Below, piece by piece: positions 18,181-26,825 of a DNA stretch of 64,000 bases. The position numbers and the translations under genes are program-made. Source of the stretch: Candidatus Thalassarchaeaceae archaeon. GTDB lineage: Archaea > Thermoplasmatota > Poseidoniia > Poseidoniales > Thalassarchaeaceae. Within the stretch, counting starts at the first letter, position 1. The number at the start of each line of letters is the position of its first letter. The stretch is from the NCBI GenBank assembly GCA_030748775.1, contig JASMLH010000002.1:13732-77731 (forward strand), written 5' to 3'. The notes beneath the pieces were generated by a model. It saw only the letters and a program-made list of their open reading frames with translations. It did no database searches and was not told the DNA's origin.

Positions 18181-19137
18181 TTATTCCCTTCTGCTGGCCA
18201 TTCTTCCCTTTCTCCCACCAGTTCTAGATACTCCCAGTTTCCTACTCTTCTTCCTAGACTTTCTGCTCTTGTTGGTTTCTTTCACCAACTCAATATTATC
18301 CCCGAGTGCGGAAAGACCTCCAGACTCCAAAAGAACCCCCATCTCTTCCTTGCTAAGGCTACCCCCACTGGCAGCGATTCCCTTGATGTCCGAGAGCTTT
18401 ACTCTGCCAGGACGATTTGCTGCTATTCTGACATAACCCTCAATCCTGCGAATCTCTTTTCTTGTCCTAGCTTTCTCGGATTTTAGTTGATCTAGCCGCT
18501 TGTCTATCTCTGAAATCCTGTTGCTAATATTGCGAATTTCCTTTCTACTAATGCCCGAGCCATCCGGATTATTATCTGCCTTCGCTTCAGCCACGATTTT
18601 TCCTGATTTCTCTCTGTTCTCATCCAATTTTCTAGAAATTTCCTTCAATTTCCTTACTTCTGTTGCATACATCTTGTGGGCATCCTCAGCCAATATTTTT
18701 TGTTTGATTGAAGCCTGAATCTCGAAGAATCTGCTGAATGCATCTAGTTCTCGATTAAGCATAGGTACAGACGTAAGATCATTATCTACTGTTGTCATCC
18801 TAGAATGTGTGTCGCTAAGCCATTCATACAGAATTTCGGATGGTGGAGGAACACAGCGATTGACCGAATCTCGCTGTTCCCTGTGCTTCAGGCTTTTCTT
18901 CCTCGATTTGTGGAATTCCTGGAGTAATGATTTTCTTCCTTGACCTGCCTCTTCAAAGCCACCCAAAGCCGAACGAAGTGACTTCACAATCTGTATCTGA
19001 TCCTTCCGCTCGCTTCTAAGACTCCTTGTCTCGATATCCAATGTAGCCATATCCCTAATTATCCCAGTCAGAAGTTGCCCTACAGCATCTTCATCCATTT
19101 CTTCAAGGTCACCCCATTTTCCTTTGGACACCTTCAT
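18181..19137 (-). CDS. Coiled-coil protein, paralog 2 of 4, with basic C-terminal tail
   Basis: 318 aa, coiled-coil throughout. GGSLSKEEMGVLLESGG followed by the tail KSRKSRKKSRKLGVSRTGGRKGRMASRRE. Start overlaps the stop of paralog 3 by 4 nt. Confidence 0.7.
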   Translation of the reverse strand: MKVSKGKWGDLEEMDEDAVGQLLTGIIRDMATLDIETRSLRSERKDQIQIVKSLRSALGGFEEAGQGRKSLLQEFHKSRKKSLKHREQRDSVNRCVPPPSEILYEWLSDTHSRMTTVDNDLTSVPMLNRELDAFSRFFEIQASIKQKILAEDAHKMYATEVRKLKEISRKLDENREKSGKIVAEAKADNNPDGSGISRKEIRNISNRISEIDKRLDQLKSEKARTRKEIRRIEGYVRIAANRPGRVKLSDIKGIAASGGSLSKEEMGVLLESGGLSALGDNIELVKETNKSRKSRKKSRKLGVSRTGGRKGRMASRRE

Positions 19138-19967
19138 TCTTCCTCACCACCGACTTGTTTGGACTCTTTCTTCTTGCTCCTTCGCCTTTTTGCGAATGAA
19201 GAAACCCCTCCGTTCTCCACCCTTCTCATTCCAATTAGTAGGTCAGAGAACCCTGGGCCTATGTCTCCGAATCCTTCTTCTAACCTTCTTTCCCAATGAC
19301 TTATCGCCTTGTCCGACTGAGAAAGTAGCTCTCTTGCCCTATCAAGCTGGCTTCTCACTTCTCGCAACTCATTGCTCAGGATTGCCCTCTTTTCGTAGGT
19401 TGGTTGGGCCTTTTCGACTGCTGTCAGCATTTCAGCGTGGGCCTTGTCTGCGATTCTATAATAATCTGACATTTCCTTGCTATTTTTGCTATATTCTACC
19501 ATCTCCGGGTTGGACTCCTTCCTATCTTTTAGCCAGCGATCGTTTTCCTCTACTATCTTCCTCCTTTCCTCCAACAACTTCCTTTCCGCTTTGTGATCTA
19601 GGGCAGAAGTCTGAATTTTGTGCTCAATGCCTTCCAGATCTTCCATCATCCTCCTCTTCTTCCATTTGGGATCTAGGCTCATCATCCCACCCCCTTCGAG
19701 AAGTTTCGCTCTGGATGATTTTACATCTTGGATCAGTGCACTTGCACGAGATTGATTTTCATCCCTCTTCATCTTCAGCTCTGCCACTTTCTGATTAGCC
19801 CCTTCGAAGGACTTTTCCAACCTCTCTAACTTTGGCACTATTGACTCTTCTTCAGCTTCCAGATTCCTAATCACTCCCGGTAGGCTATCCTTCAACATCA
19901 TTCTCCGCTGAAGTAACGCCCTAGCCAACTCATTCGGACCTAGCTCTAGCAACTGATTGTTGTCCAT
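19134..19967 (-). CDS. Coiled-coil protein, paralog 3 of 4
   Basis: 277 aa. Landmark LEGIEHKIQTSALDHKAERKLLEERRKI. Basic tail AKRRRSKKKESKQVGGEEE. Confidence 0.7.
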   Translation of the reverse strand: MDNNQLLELGPNELARALLQRRMMLKDSLPGVIRNLEAEEESIVPKLERLEKSFEGANQKVAELKMKRDENQSRASALIQDVKSSRAKLLEGGGMMSLDPKWKKRRMMEDLEGIEHKIQTSALDHKAERKLLEERRKIVEENDRWLKDRKESNPEMVEYSKNSKEMSDYYRIADKAHAEMLTAVEKAQPTYEKRAILSNELREVRSQLDRARELLSQSDKAISHWERRLEEGFGDIGPGFSDLLIGMRRVENGGVSSFAKRRRSKKKESKQVGGEEE

Positions 19968-20019
19968 ATCCTCCGTGACGAACGAATCATTACATTAAAG
20001 GGCTATGTGAGGTGATTTA

Positions 20020-21630
20020 TTGGGTTTGATTGATACGATGTCACGGAAGGGGTCGACCATGCTCTCGATGATGTCAAAATCCTCGAGCACTCCCATAATT
20101 ATCGCCATAGTGCTCTTTTCATTATCACACAACTATCCGATTATGCCAGAGCCTCTGCAAGAAGATGAACCACTTTTTACAAACTCAATCAACTCATCAG
20201 CAAATTTCACTTCCGCCGGAACCTCTACTGTAGCCCTTTCAGGAGAGCCGGCTCACGTCGGGGACCAGGTCGTTGCCTCGATTCTCGTTAGTAACATCGG
20301 CCATTCTACGGGTTTTGCTACATTGAACATTAATAATGAAGAAATTGACCAATCATTTTCGGGCGACTCGGTTGAAATAACACCAGGTTCAAGTAGAGAG
20401 GTCAAGACCTCGTTTTTTCCGACAAATCATGGCCCAATATCATACAGTTGGTGGGTTTCAAGTAACGGTTCGGATGTAAACCAGAGCCTTAGGGGGGAGT
20501 TCATTGTAGAGGTGCTTCCCAAGCAGACAATCTCAACAACGATCAACTCTTATGATTGGAGTGCAACTGAAGGACTTCAGATTGAAGTTTCTCTCTACTT
20601 ATCTTCTGGAAGCTCCAGAGAAGTAATATTGGACGTTACTGGTTCGCTAAAAGAAACTTCCAGCCTATTACAGAGTATTACTATTGATCTAGATCCAGGC
20701 CGTAGGAACTTCAATTTTGAACTCGGAAGCCCTAATTCTGACACTGTCACAGTAGGGTTGAACACAATAGGGTGGCTACCCAGAAATGACTCAGTAAACT
20801 CAACTTCAATTGACGTTAAACCACCTTTGGCAGACCCTAGCGAGCTGTCTGTTGATGTCTTTGTGACAACCATGGAACCCTCTGCCGGTGAGCCGCTTCG
20901 ATTGAGGGTGAATCTGACTAATGGTGATGACTTGCAAGCCCATAGTGGAAAAATTAGAGTGCTGAGAAGTTCAGACCAGACGATATTGGCTGAATCGCTG
21001 ATTTCCGCAGTAAACCCAGGTGTCACAATCAGCCATGAGATTGTCATTCCATCATGGCCTGATTCCGATATCGTGCAGTTGGAAGTAATTTGGATGTATG
21101 GTGCCCTCTCATCGTCAATATTTCATTCTGTAGAATCATCCGTCCAAGAGAAGGGATTCTCTCCTCCATTCGACATTTCGGCCGCGTTAATTGGCGTTTT
21201 GTCAGGAATAGTCATTGTCCTGTCCGGGCGCCTCGTCTGGAGAGCTGCATCATCCAGAACCCCAACCACCTCAGAATCCCGAATTAGAGAGACCAGGGTT
21301 GAACGGGACTCACGGTCAAGGAATATAATATTGAAAGAGATACCTTGCCCGTTCTGCGAGCAGCGACTATCAGTCCCTGCCGACCACTTTGGAGATGCAA
21401 AATGCCCTTCTTGCTCAATGCAGTTCAGCGTGTTGGGAAAACCTGATTCCTCCGTCCAAAAAATAAATGTTCCCGAAGAAAATCAAACCACTTTTCCGAA
21501 ATCGAAGTCATCCAGTGATCTCTTAGAGTGCCCGGAATGCGATCAAACCCTTAAAGTTCCAATGGAAAAGAGGCCCGTGCACTCCCGATGTCCTGTATGC
21601 AAGATTGAATTCTTGGCCGAATCAGGGTGA
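20020..21630 (+). CDS. Bitopic surface protein with beta-rich ectodomain and a cytoplasmic tail carrying two zinc ribbons
   Basis: 536 aa. TTG start at 20020 has GAGGTGA 5 nt upstream (ATG 20038 is an alternative). N-terminal anchor PIIIAIVLFSL. Second TM ISAALIGVLSGIVIVLSG. Tail ribbons CPFCEQ...CPSC and CPECDQ...CPVC. Confidence 0.6.
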   Translation: MGLIDTMSRKGSTMLSMMSKSSSTPIIIAIVLFSLSHNYPIMPEPLQEDEPLFTNSINSSANFTSAGTSTVALSGEPAHVGDQVVASILVSNIGHSTGFATLNINNEEIDQSFSGDSVEITPGSSREVKTSFFPTNHGPISYSWWVSSNGSDVNQSLRGEFIVEVLPKQTISTTINSYDWSATEGLQIEVSLYLSSGSSREVILDVTGSLKETSSLLQSITIDLDPGRRNFNFELGSPNSDTVTVGLNTIGWLPRNDSVNSTSIDVKPPLADPSELSVDVFVTTMEPSAGEPLRLRVNLTNGDDLQAHSGKIRVLRSSDQTILAESLISAVNPGVTISHEIVIPSWPDSDIVQLEVIWMYGALSSSIFHSVESSVQEKGFSPPFDISAALIGVLSGIVIVLSGRLVWRAASSRTPTTSESRIRETRVERDSRSRNIILKEIPCPFCEQRLSVPADHFGDAKCPSCSMQFSVLGKPDSSVQKINVPEENQTTFPKSKSSSDLLECPECDQTLKVPMEKRPVHSRCPVCKIEFLAESG

Positions 21631-21634
21631 TATT

Positions 21635-22309
21635 ATGACTGAATTCAGTGATATAGAACAAATGTACATGAAGTCTATTTTCGAGGTACATAGTTCGACC
21701 CCCGATGCAATAGTAAAGACAACACAGTTAGCACAGATAATGGGTATCGCTCCTGCTTCGGCTACAGAAATGGTCCAACGCCTTTCCGATCGAGGTGTGG
21801 TTACTCACATCCCATATCGAGGATTCCGCCTCACTCCAGAAGGATTTCAGTTAGCTGCAAGAATAAAGCGGAGGGAGGGCTTGGTGAAAATTCTGCTCGC
21901 TGATGTAATAGGTTTCAATGGAAACGTTATGGAGGCAGCTTGCAGAATGGAACACGCCATTGATGATGATTTGGAGGCTACTCTTGACAGGTTTCTGGGG
22001 TACCCAGAACATGATACTGATGGGAACAGAATTCCCGGTATTGAGAGAGAAATTGACCCTCCCGTCATTGGATCTCTAATACCGATCTCCAGTCTACCTG
22101 AAGGGGCATCTGCGACTATCGAAATGCTGGTTTTCAATGGAGTCGACGAAGTAACACTATCAGATGTCGGCCTCAGTATTGGAGCAATTATTTCAATGAC
22201 TGGGGGAATGCTATACTTGGGAGAAACAGCGATTAGTCTGTCATCAGGCCTATCCAAGAGCGTCATTGCTAGAGTAATTGGGATGGGGGTAGATTCCGAT
22301 GAGGGATGA
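21635..22309 (+). CDS. DtxR/MntR-family metal-dependent transcriptional regulator with C-terminal FeoA/SH3-like domain
   Basis: wHTH TTQLAQIMGIAPASATEMVQRLSDRGVV. Dimerisation/metal region EAACRMEHAIDDDLEATLDRFLGYPEHDTDGNRIP. ATG 21635 is preceded by GGTGA. The ORF track starts earlier, at 21605. Confidence 0.8.
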   Translation: MTEFSDIEQMYMKSIFEVHSSTPDAIVKTTQLAQIMGIAPASATEMVQRLSDRGVVTHIPYRGFRLTPEGFQLAARIKRREGLVKILLADVIGFNGNVMEAACRMEHAIDDDLEATLDRFLGYPEHDTDGNRIPGIEREIDPPVIGSLIPISSLPEGASATIEMLVFNGVDEVTLSDVGLSIGAIISMTGGMLYLGETAISLSSGLSKSVIARVIGMGVDSDEG

Positions 22310-23876
22310 CGTCGACCAAACATTACTGGAAGTTGAATCTGATATGGATTCTATGCTTGCGGCTCTTGAGGAGGAGGATGAATCCGAGTTAGACGTACCT
22401 CTTAGGGACAAGGGCAATACCAATGAATACTCTGATTCGAATTACAAGAGATCCCTGAAGGCAAGAGAGGCGGCTCTAACTGGAGTCGACGACCTGCTGA
22501 TAAGCGGAGGTGCTAGACTTATTCTGTTGCTGCCGATAATTGTCGTAGTTCTTTTTGGTCTTGCACAGTCATTCCGAGACTCTGAGCCAGAATGGTGGAT
22601 TGGTAGCGTTAGCGGGCTATTTCTCGATCTAAGCATTTCGAAAGCAATATATCTCCTCGCTCTGGTAATTATGGTTGCCGATCTGGTTCTATTGTTCGTT
22701 CTCCATTATCTTATGTGGTTGACTCGAAGGATTTTCAAGTTGGAGAGTGACGAAATTACAAGATCTGGAGTCACATTCCGAAGTGCCCATGGATACACGG
22801 AAATGAAGGCTGTAATTGACGGTTCTACGAGTCAGCTAAACCTAACAACATCACTGATGATTATTGCGACACTATTTCTTTCTCTGGCTCTGAACTTCTC
22901 TACCGATACCCAAGGTGTGCCTGTTCTAATAGCACTATCAACGGGTGCACTTCTTTCGGGGCATAGCGTCTACATGGTTTCGGATAGGCCAAGATTCAAC
23001 ACTGTAAATCCATGGGGCCTATTAGATGCATTCTCTCCGCCAATTCACCCTGCTCTACTGAACAAACCGTTCACAGATGTAATCCGAGCCCATGTGGACC
23101 CCCTTCTTGCAGTAAGAGTTTCAAAATACGTTTCCTCATTCAATAGTAACCTACGCCAGGGAACCTCCCTATCAGATCTCCAAGAGTACATTCTTCAAAT
23201 GCTGCATATGCTCCGGTCGGGCATTATTGAGGAGGATGAGTTTCAGGCTGCACTCGAATCGGTTGTCGATGCTAGAACAATAGACCAGATTATCAACCAC
23301 CCTGATCTTGGTGAGGAGACACTGGAAAGGCTATTGAGCCACGCAAGAAGCAGGTGTGCCCCGTTCTTCCGGCTCACTGATAGACTGAGGATGCACATTA
23401 ACAACTCTTCCAATTCCGGAATTTGGTTCGATGTAGACATGGAGAACCTTACACTTGGACAGGCAAATCTGTTTGCGTTCGTTCTCAATCAGACGGATCA
23501 GAGCCAAGATCTAGTAATCAGAGTCCAGACTCCTGACTTTAGGCCCAACGAATGCGTCTACAGGCTAAGGGTCAAGCCCCAAGAAGTATCAAAACTAGGA
23601 GGAATGCCTCTTTATCAGAAGATTTCTGAATCGATGCTTGAGTCGGGGATAATTTGGCAGACCCTCATTCCCTCTTCGATGGGGGACGCAACCGTAACTG
23701 TAAGGCTCGAAGACTCAGCGGGAAATCTGATTTCCGGGAAGGTCCTCACCGCTCAAGTCAGATCCGATCTCTTTACAAGGCTCAGAATGACAACAGGTGC
23801 CGTATTCATGATTGGCGCCGCATTAGCCATTATTTCTCCTATGCTTCCATTCGTAGCCAATTTACTGGGCCTTTAG
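22299..23876 (+). CDS. Hypothetical membrane protein (acidic N-terminus, about 4 central TMs, large soluble domain, C-terminal TM)
   Basis: 525-aa ORF overlapping the DtxR stop by 11 nt, which suggests an operon. No motif recognised. Confidence 0.55.
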   Translation: MRDDVDQTLLEVESDMDSMLAALEEEDESELDVPLRDKGNTNEYSDSNYKRSLKAREAALTGVDDLLISGGARLILLLPIIVVVLFGLAQSFRDSEPEWWIGSVSGLFLDLSISKAIYLLALVIMVADLVLLFVLHYLMWLTRRIFKLESDEITRSGVTFRSAHGYTEMKAVIDGSTSQLNLTTSLMIIATLFLSLALNFSTDTQGVPVLIALSTGALLSGHSVYMVSDRPRFNTVNPWGLLDAFSPPIHPALLNKPFTDVIRAHVDPLLAVRVSKYVSSFNSNLRQGTSLSDLQEYILQMLHMLRSGIIEEDEFQAALESVVDARTIDQIINHPDLGEETLERLLSHARSRCAPFFRLTDRLRMHINNSSNSGIWFDVDMENLTLGQANLFAFVLNQTDQSQDLVIRVQTPDFRPNECVYRLRVKPQEVSKLGGMPLYQKISESMLESGIIWQTLIPSSMGDATVTVRLEDSAGNLISGKVLTAQVRSDLFTRLRMTTGAVFMIGAALAIISPMLPFVANLLGL

Positions 23877-23910
23877 TTCGTTTCAATAAGGTGACTACAC
23901 TCGCGAGCAT

Positions 23911-24894
23911 ATGGGCCCAGAGGAGCCAAGGGACGACGATCTCAGAACTAGGCTTCATGCTATGGAGTCCAAACTGAAGAGAATGAGGGATCAGAGGGAC
24001 TCCCATAACGAGGCAGCCAGACGAGCCGCCGACTCCCGAAACTCTGTCCAAGAACAGGGAAGGGAGCTAAGGGACTCAATCAAGGGAAAAATGGAGGACC
24101 AGAAAGAAACACGGGCAAGAGCCAAAGTCCATCAGGCTAGGAGGGACGAGATCCAGAAGAATGTTAGGGAGCTTTTCTCGAGGAAGAAGGGCAGGAGGGA
24201 CGATGGACCAGGAAAATCTGTTGTAATTCAACTATCTGAGACCCTGGGCGAGATTGAAAAAATCGAAAACAGGATTATGACAGACGGTAGCCTTTCATTG
24301 GAGAAGGAGAATACTCTAATCAAGAAGCTGAGATCACTGATTTCACGACGTGAAGAGTTAATTCCCACAGTCGAGGAACATCAGATTATTTCTATTGACT
24401 TGAGTGATATGGATGAATCGATACAACGCCTTAGAGCCGAGGCAGACAACGAGCATCAGAAAATGATAGAACAGAATAAGCTAGCGGATGAGATTTGGAA
24501 CGATATCAAGCCCTTGCTCGAAGAGCGAGATTTCCTTAGGGGCGAGGGCGACAGGCTACACTCAATTTTCGTCAGCGAGAGAGAAAAGGCAGATGAGACT
24601 CACTCATCAATCGTTGAGATGCTTGCCAAGGTGAATGAAATAAAGGATGAGCTGAAATCCCAAAGGTTAGAGCGTGAGAGATTGGTGAGGGATCACAACA
24701 AATCAGTTAGGGAGGCCCTGAAGACCCCCGATCAAGATGAAAATTTGGCGGAAGATCTCTCAAAAAGGCTACTCGAGGAAGGATCAATTACGTTTGGCGG
24801 AACTGCCCCCACATCATCCGGGGACGTAGGCCCAAGTAACAGTAACAAGAAAACTACTCGGAGATTGGGTACTAGCAGGGGAAGGAAGAGGTGA
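23911..24894 (+). CDS. Coiled-coil protein, paralog 4 of 4, with basic C-terminal tail
   Basis: 327 aa. Landmark IEKIENRIMTDGSLSLEKENTLIKKLRSL. EEGSITFGG followed by the tail NKKTTRRLGTSRGRKR. Confidence 0.7.
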   Translation: MGPEEPRDDDLRTRLHAMESKLKRMRDQRDSHNEAARRAADSRNSVQEQGRELRDSIKGKMEDQKETRARAKVHQARRDEIQKNVRELFSRKKGRRDDGPGKSVVIQLSETLGEIEKIENRIMTDGSLSLEKENTLIKKLRSLISRREELIPTVEEHQIISIDLSDMDESIQRLRAEADNEHQKMIEQNKLADEIWNDIKPLLEERDFLRGEGDRLHSIFVSEREKADETHSSIVEMLAKVNEIKDELKSQRLERERLVRDHNKSVREALKTPDQDENLAEDLSKRLLEEGSITFGGTAPTSSGDVGPSNSNKKTTRRLGTSRGRKR

Positions 24895-25884
24895 CTACCA
24901 TCCTCGTTTATCAAGCCTGACTTCAAGGTCGTCTATATCCAGTCCTGGCATAGCCTCTCCTACCATCTCACTTGCTTCTGCAACAACGCTATGATCATCG
25001 AAATGATGAGTGGCCAGAACTATTGCCTCTGCAGTGTTTTTGGGATCAGAGCTCTTGAAAATTCCTGACCCCACAAAAATACCATCCATTCCATGCTTCA
25101 TCATCAAAGCAGCGTCAGATGGGGTCGCAATCCCTCCCGCCGAAAAGGTAACTACCGGAAGTCTGCTTTGAGAAATCACATCGTTCAATACCGATTCTAC
25201 CTCACTACGGAGGTGTTCGATTTCCCCGAATGGAGTAGTTGAAACCTTCACTCCCAGTTCTGAAGAGTCCTCCAACCTCTTGTAACCCCCCATTATCACG
25301 TCCACCATTCCTTCCAATTCGGATTTGCTTGCACCTTTGGCCTCTTCTATCTCATATGATACAAGCCTGGCATGCTGCACGGCGCTGACTACATTTCCTG
25401 TCCCAGCTTCGCCTTTTGTCCTAATCATTGCAGCCCCTTCTGATATTCTCCTGACTGCTTCTCCTAGGCTTGTACAACCGCATACGAAAGGAATGGTGAA
25501 GTTCTTCTTTGCTATATGGAAGAATGGATCTGCAGGGGTCAAGACCTCTGACTCATCTACCATGTCAACGCCAAGCGCCTCTAGAACACGAGCCTCCTCA
25601 TCATGCCCAATTCTGGCTTTGGCCATTACTGGGATGCTGGTTGTTTCGATAATTTCCTTGATTAGTTGAGGATGACTCATTCTGGCAACTCCACCACTGG
25701 AGCGAATGTCTGCAGGAACTCTCTCCAGTGCCATTACCGAAACAGCTCCTGCGTCTTCGGCTATATGCGCCTGTTCGGGAGTAACTACGTCCATCACGAC
25801 TCCTCCCTGCTGCATTTTGGCAAATCCGCGCTTCAGCAATTCTGTACCATGTCGCATGCTCTCAAGATCTAACCTATCGGACAC
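24895..25884 (-). CDS. pdxS: Pyridoxal 5'-phosphate synthase subunit PdxS
   Basis: 329 aa. [35 protein letters not shown] and the rest are highly typical of PdxS/SNZ. Confidence 0.95.
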   Translation of the reverse strand: MSDRLDLESMRHGTELLKRGFAKMQQGGVVMDVVTPEQAHIAEDAGAVSVMALERVPADIRSSGGVARMSHPQLIKEIIETTSIPVMAKARIGHDEEARVLEALGVDMVDESEVLTPADPFFHIAKKNFTIPFVCGCTSLGEAVRRISEGAAMIRTKGEAGTGNVVSAVQHARLVSYEIEEAKGASKSELEGMVDVIMGGYKRLEDSSELGVKVSTTPFGEIEHLRSEVESVLNDVISQSRLPVVTFSAGGIATPSDAALMMKHGMDGIFVGSGIFKSSDPKNTAEAIVLATHHFDDHSVVAEASEMVGEAMPGLDIDDLEVRLDKRGW

Positions 25885-25935
25885 GCCCAGCGCTTCGGGT
25901 TTACATTGAAGAACCTATTTCCTGAAAGGCCATGT

Positions 25936-26214
25936 TCACGAATCGGCTAAGACGGGGGAGTCCCCCTCTGCCAGTGGAAGCCCTGGAGCCTCATCCTCAT
26001 TCCTTTCCAACCATTCCATTTGGTCATCAGGAAGATCCGTATCCGCATAGATCGCCTCGGCAGGACACTCGGGAATGCATGCTGCACAATCTATGCACTC
26101 GTCGGGGTCAATTACAAGGTACTCTTCGGCTTCCCTAAATGCCTCTACTGGACAGACGTGTACGCAGTCTTGGTATTTGCAGCGCACGCAGGCGCCGGTT
26201 ACTACGTGTGTCAT
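25936..26214 (-). CDS. Ferredoxin (FdxA-like 3Fe-4S/4Fe-4S type) with acidic C-terminal tail
   Basis: MTHVVTGACVRCKYQDCVHVCPVEAF...CIDCAACIPECPAEAI. The ORF track extends to 26274, but an MTHVV start at 26214 matches the family N-terminus. Confidence 0.8.
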   Translation of the reverse strand: MTHVVTGACVRCKYQDCVHVCPVEAFREAEEYLVIDPDECIDCAACIPECPAEAIYADTDLPDDQMEWLERNEDEAPGLPLAEGDSPVLADS

Positions 26215-26260
26215 ATGGAAATATTGGGCCCACGAATAGCATATCAAAGCTTTCGTTCTC

Positions 26261-26695
26261 TCAATGCGAATCAATTAGTTCTCGGAGAAATTTCTCCGCT
26301 ACCGAGAAAACATCTTCATTCGGGTAAACCTCCAATTTGAATGTCCCCTTTACAACAGGGCCATTTCTTTCGCATTCCAGAGAAGCCTCACCGCTCACAA
26401 GTTTCGATAATGATGCCCTGATATGGAGTACCTTATCCTCGTCAATTCTCGCTGCAAGATCTTCATCGATAATCGTGAAAATCTGTTCCTCACCAAATTT
26501 ACACAATGAGGCGACAGCTACTTTTTTCTTCATAGTTGAAATAATCGATACCATGGGAGAACCATGGGCCGATTTACTGTGATTGATGGATATCTCAGAC
26601 TCGCTACCTGCTAACCATAGCATTGCCTCAGCAATAATCTCGATGTCATCCACTGCACTTGCATGGACTCTCCATGCTCCACCATGGATTCCCAT
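26261..26695 (-). CDS. Hypothetical protein, possibly a DUF54/COG1931-like predicted RNA-binding protein
   Basis: The ORF track gives 26261..26968, which would overlap the rps3ae start. Internal ATG 26695 gives 144 aa and leaves a 130-nt divergent promoter region. The pattern VHASAVDD...HGSP...KKK...IDEDKVLHIRASL is reminiscent, from memory, of COG1931 proteins. Confidence 0.4.
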   Translation of the reverse strand: MGIHGGAWRVHASAVDDIEIIAEAMLWLAGSESEISINHSKSAHGSPMVSIISTMKKKVAVASLCKFGEEQIFTIIDEDLAARIDEDKVLHIRASLSKLVSGEASLECERNGPVVKGTFKLEVYPNEDVFSVAEKFLRELIDSH

Positions 26696-26825
26696 ACAAT
26701 GTCCTAGCGACGAATCACCTTCAATCCGCCGTATGATTTTACCAAATCCCGGGATTCCGTTCAAATACTGGTGGTAGTTCGCACGGCTCGCGAACGGGGA
26801 AGCCCCCGATAGAGGAGTTGTCATA

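Noticed and set aside
19124-19798. 224-aa plus-strand ORF.
   Set aside because: It is entirely antisense to a coiled-coil gene. Its S/P/L/F-rich low-complexity translation is typical of the reverse frame of K/E-rich coding sequence.
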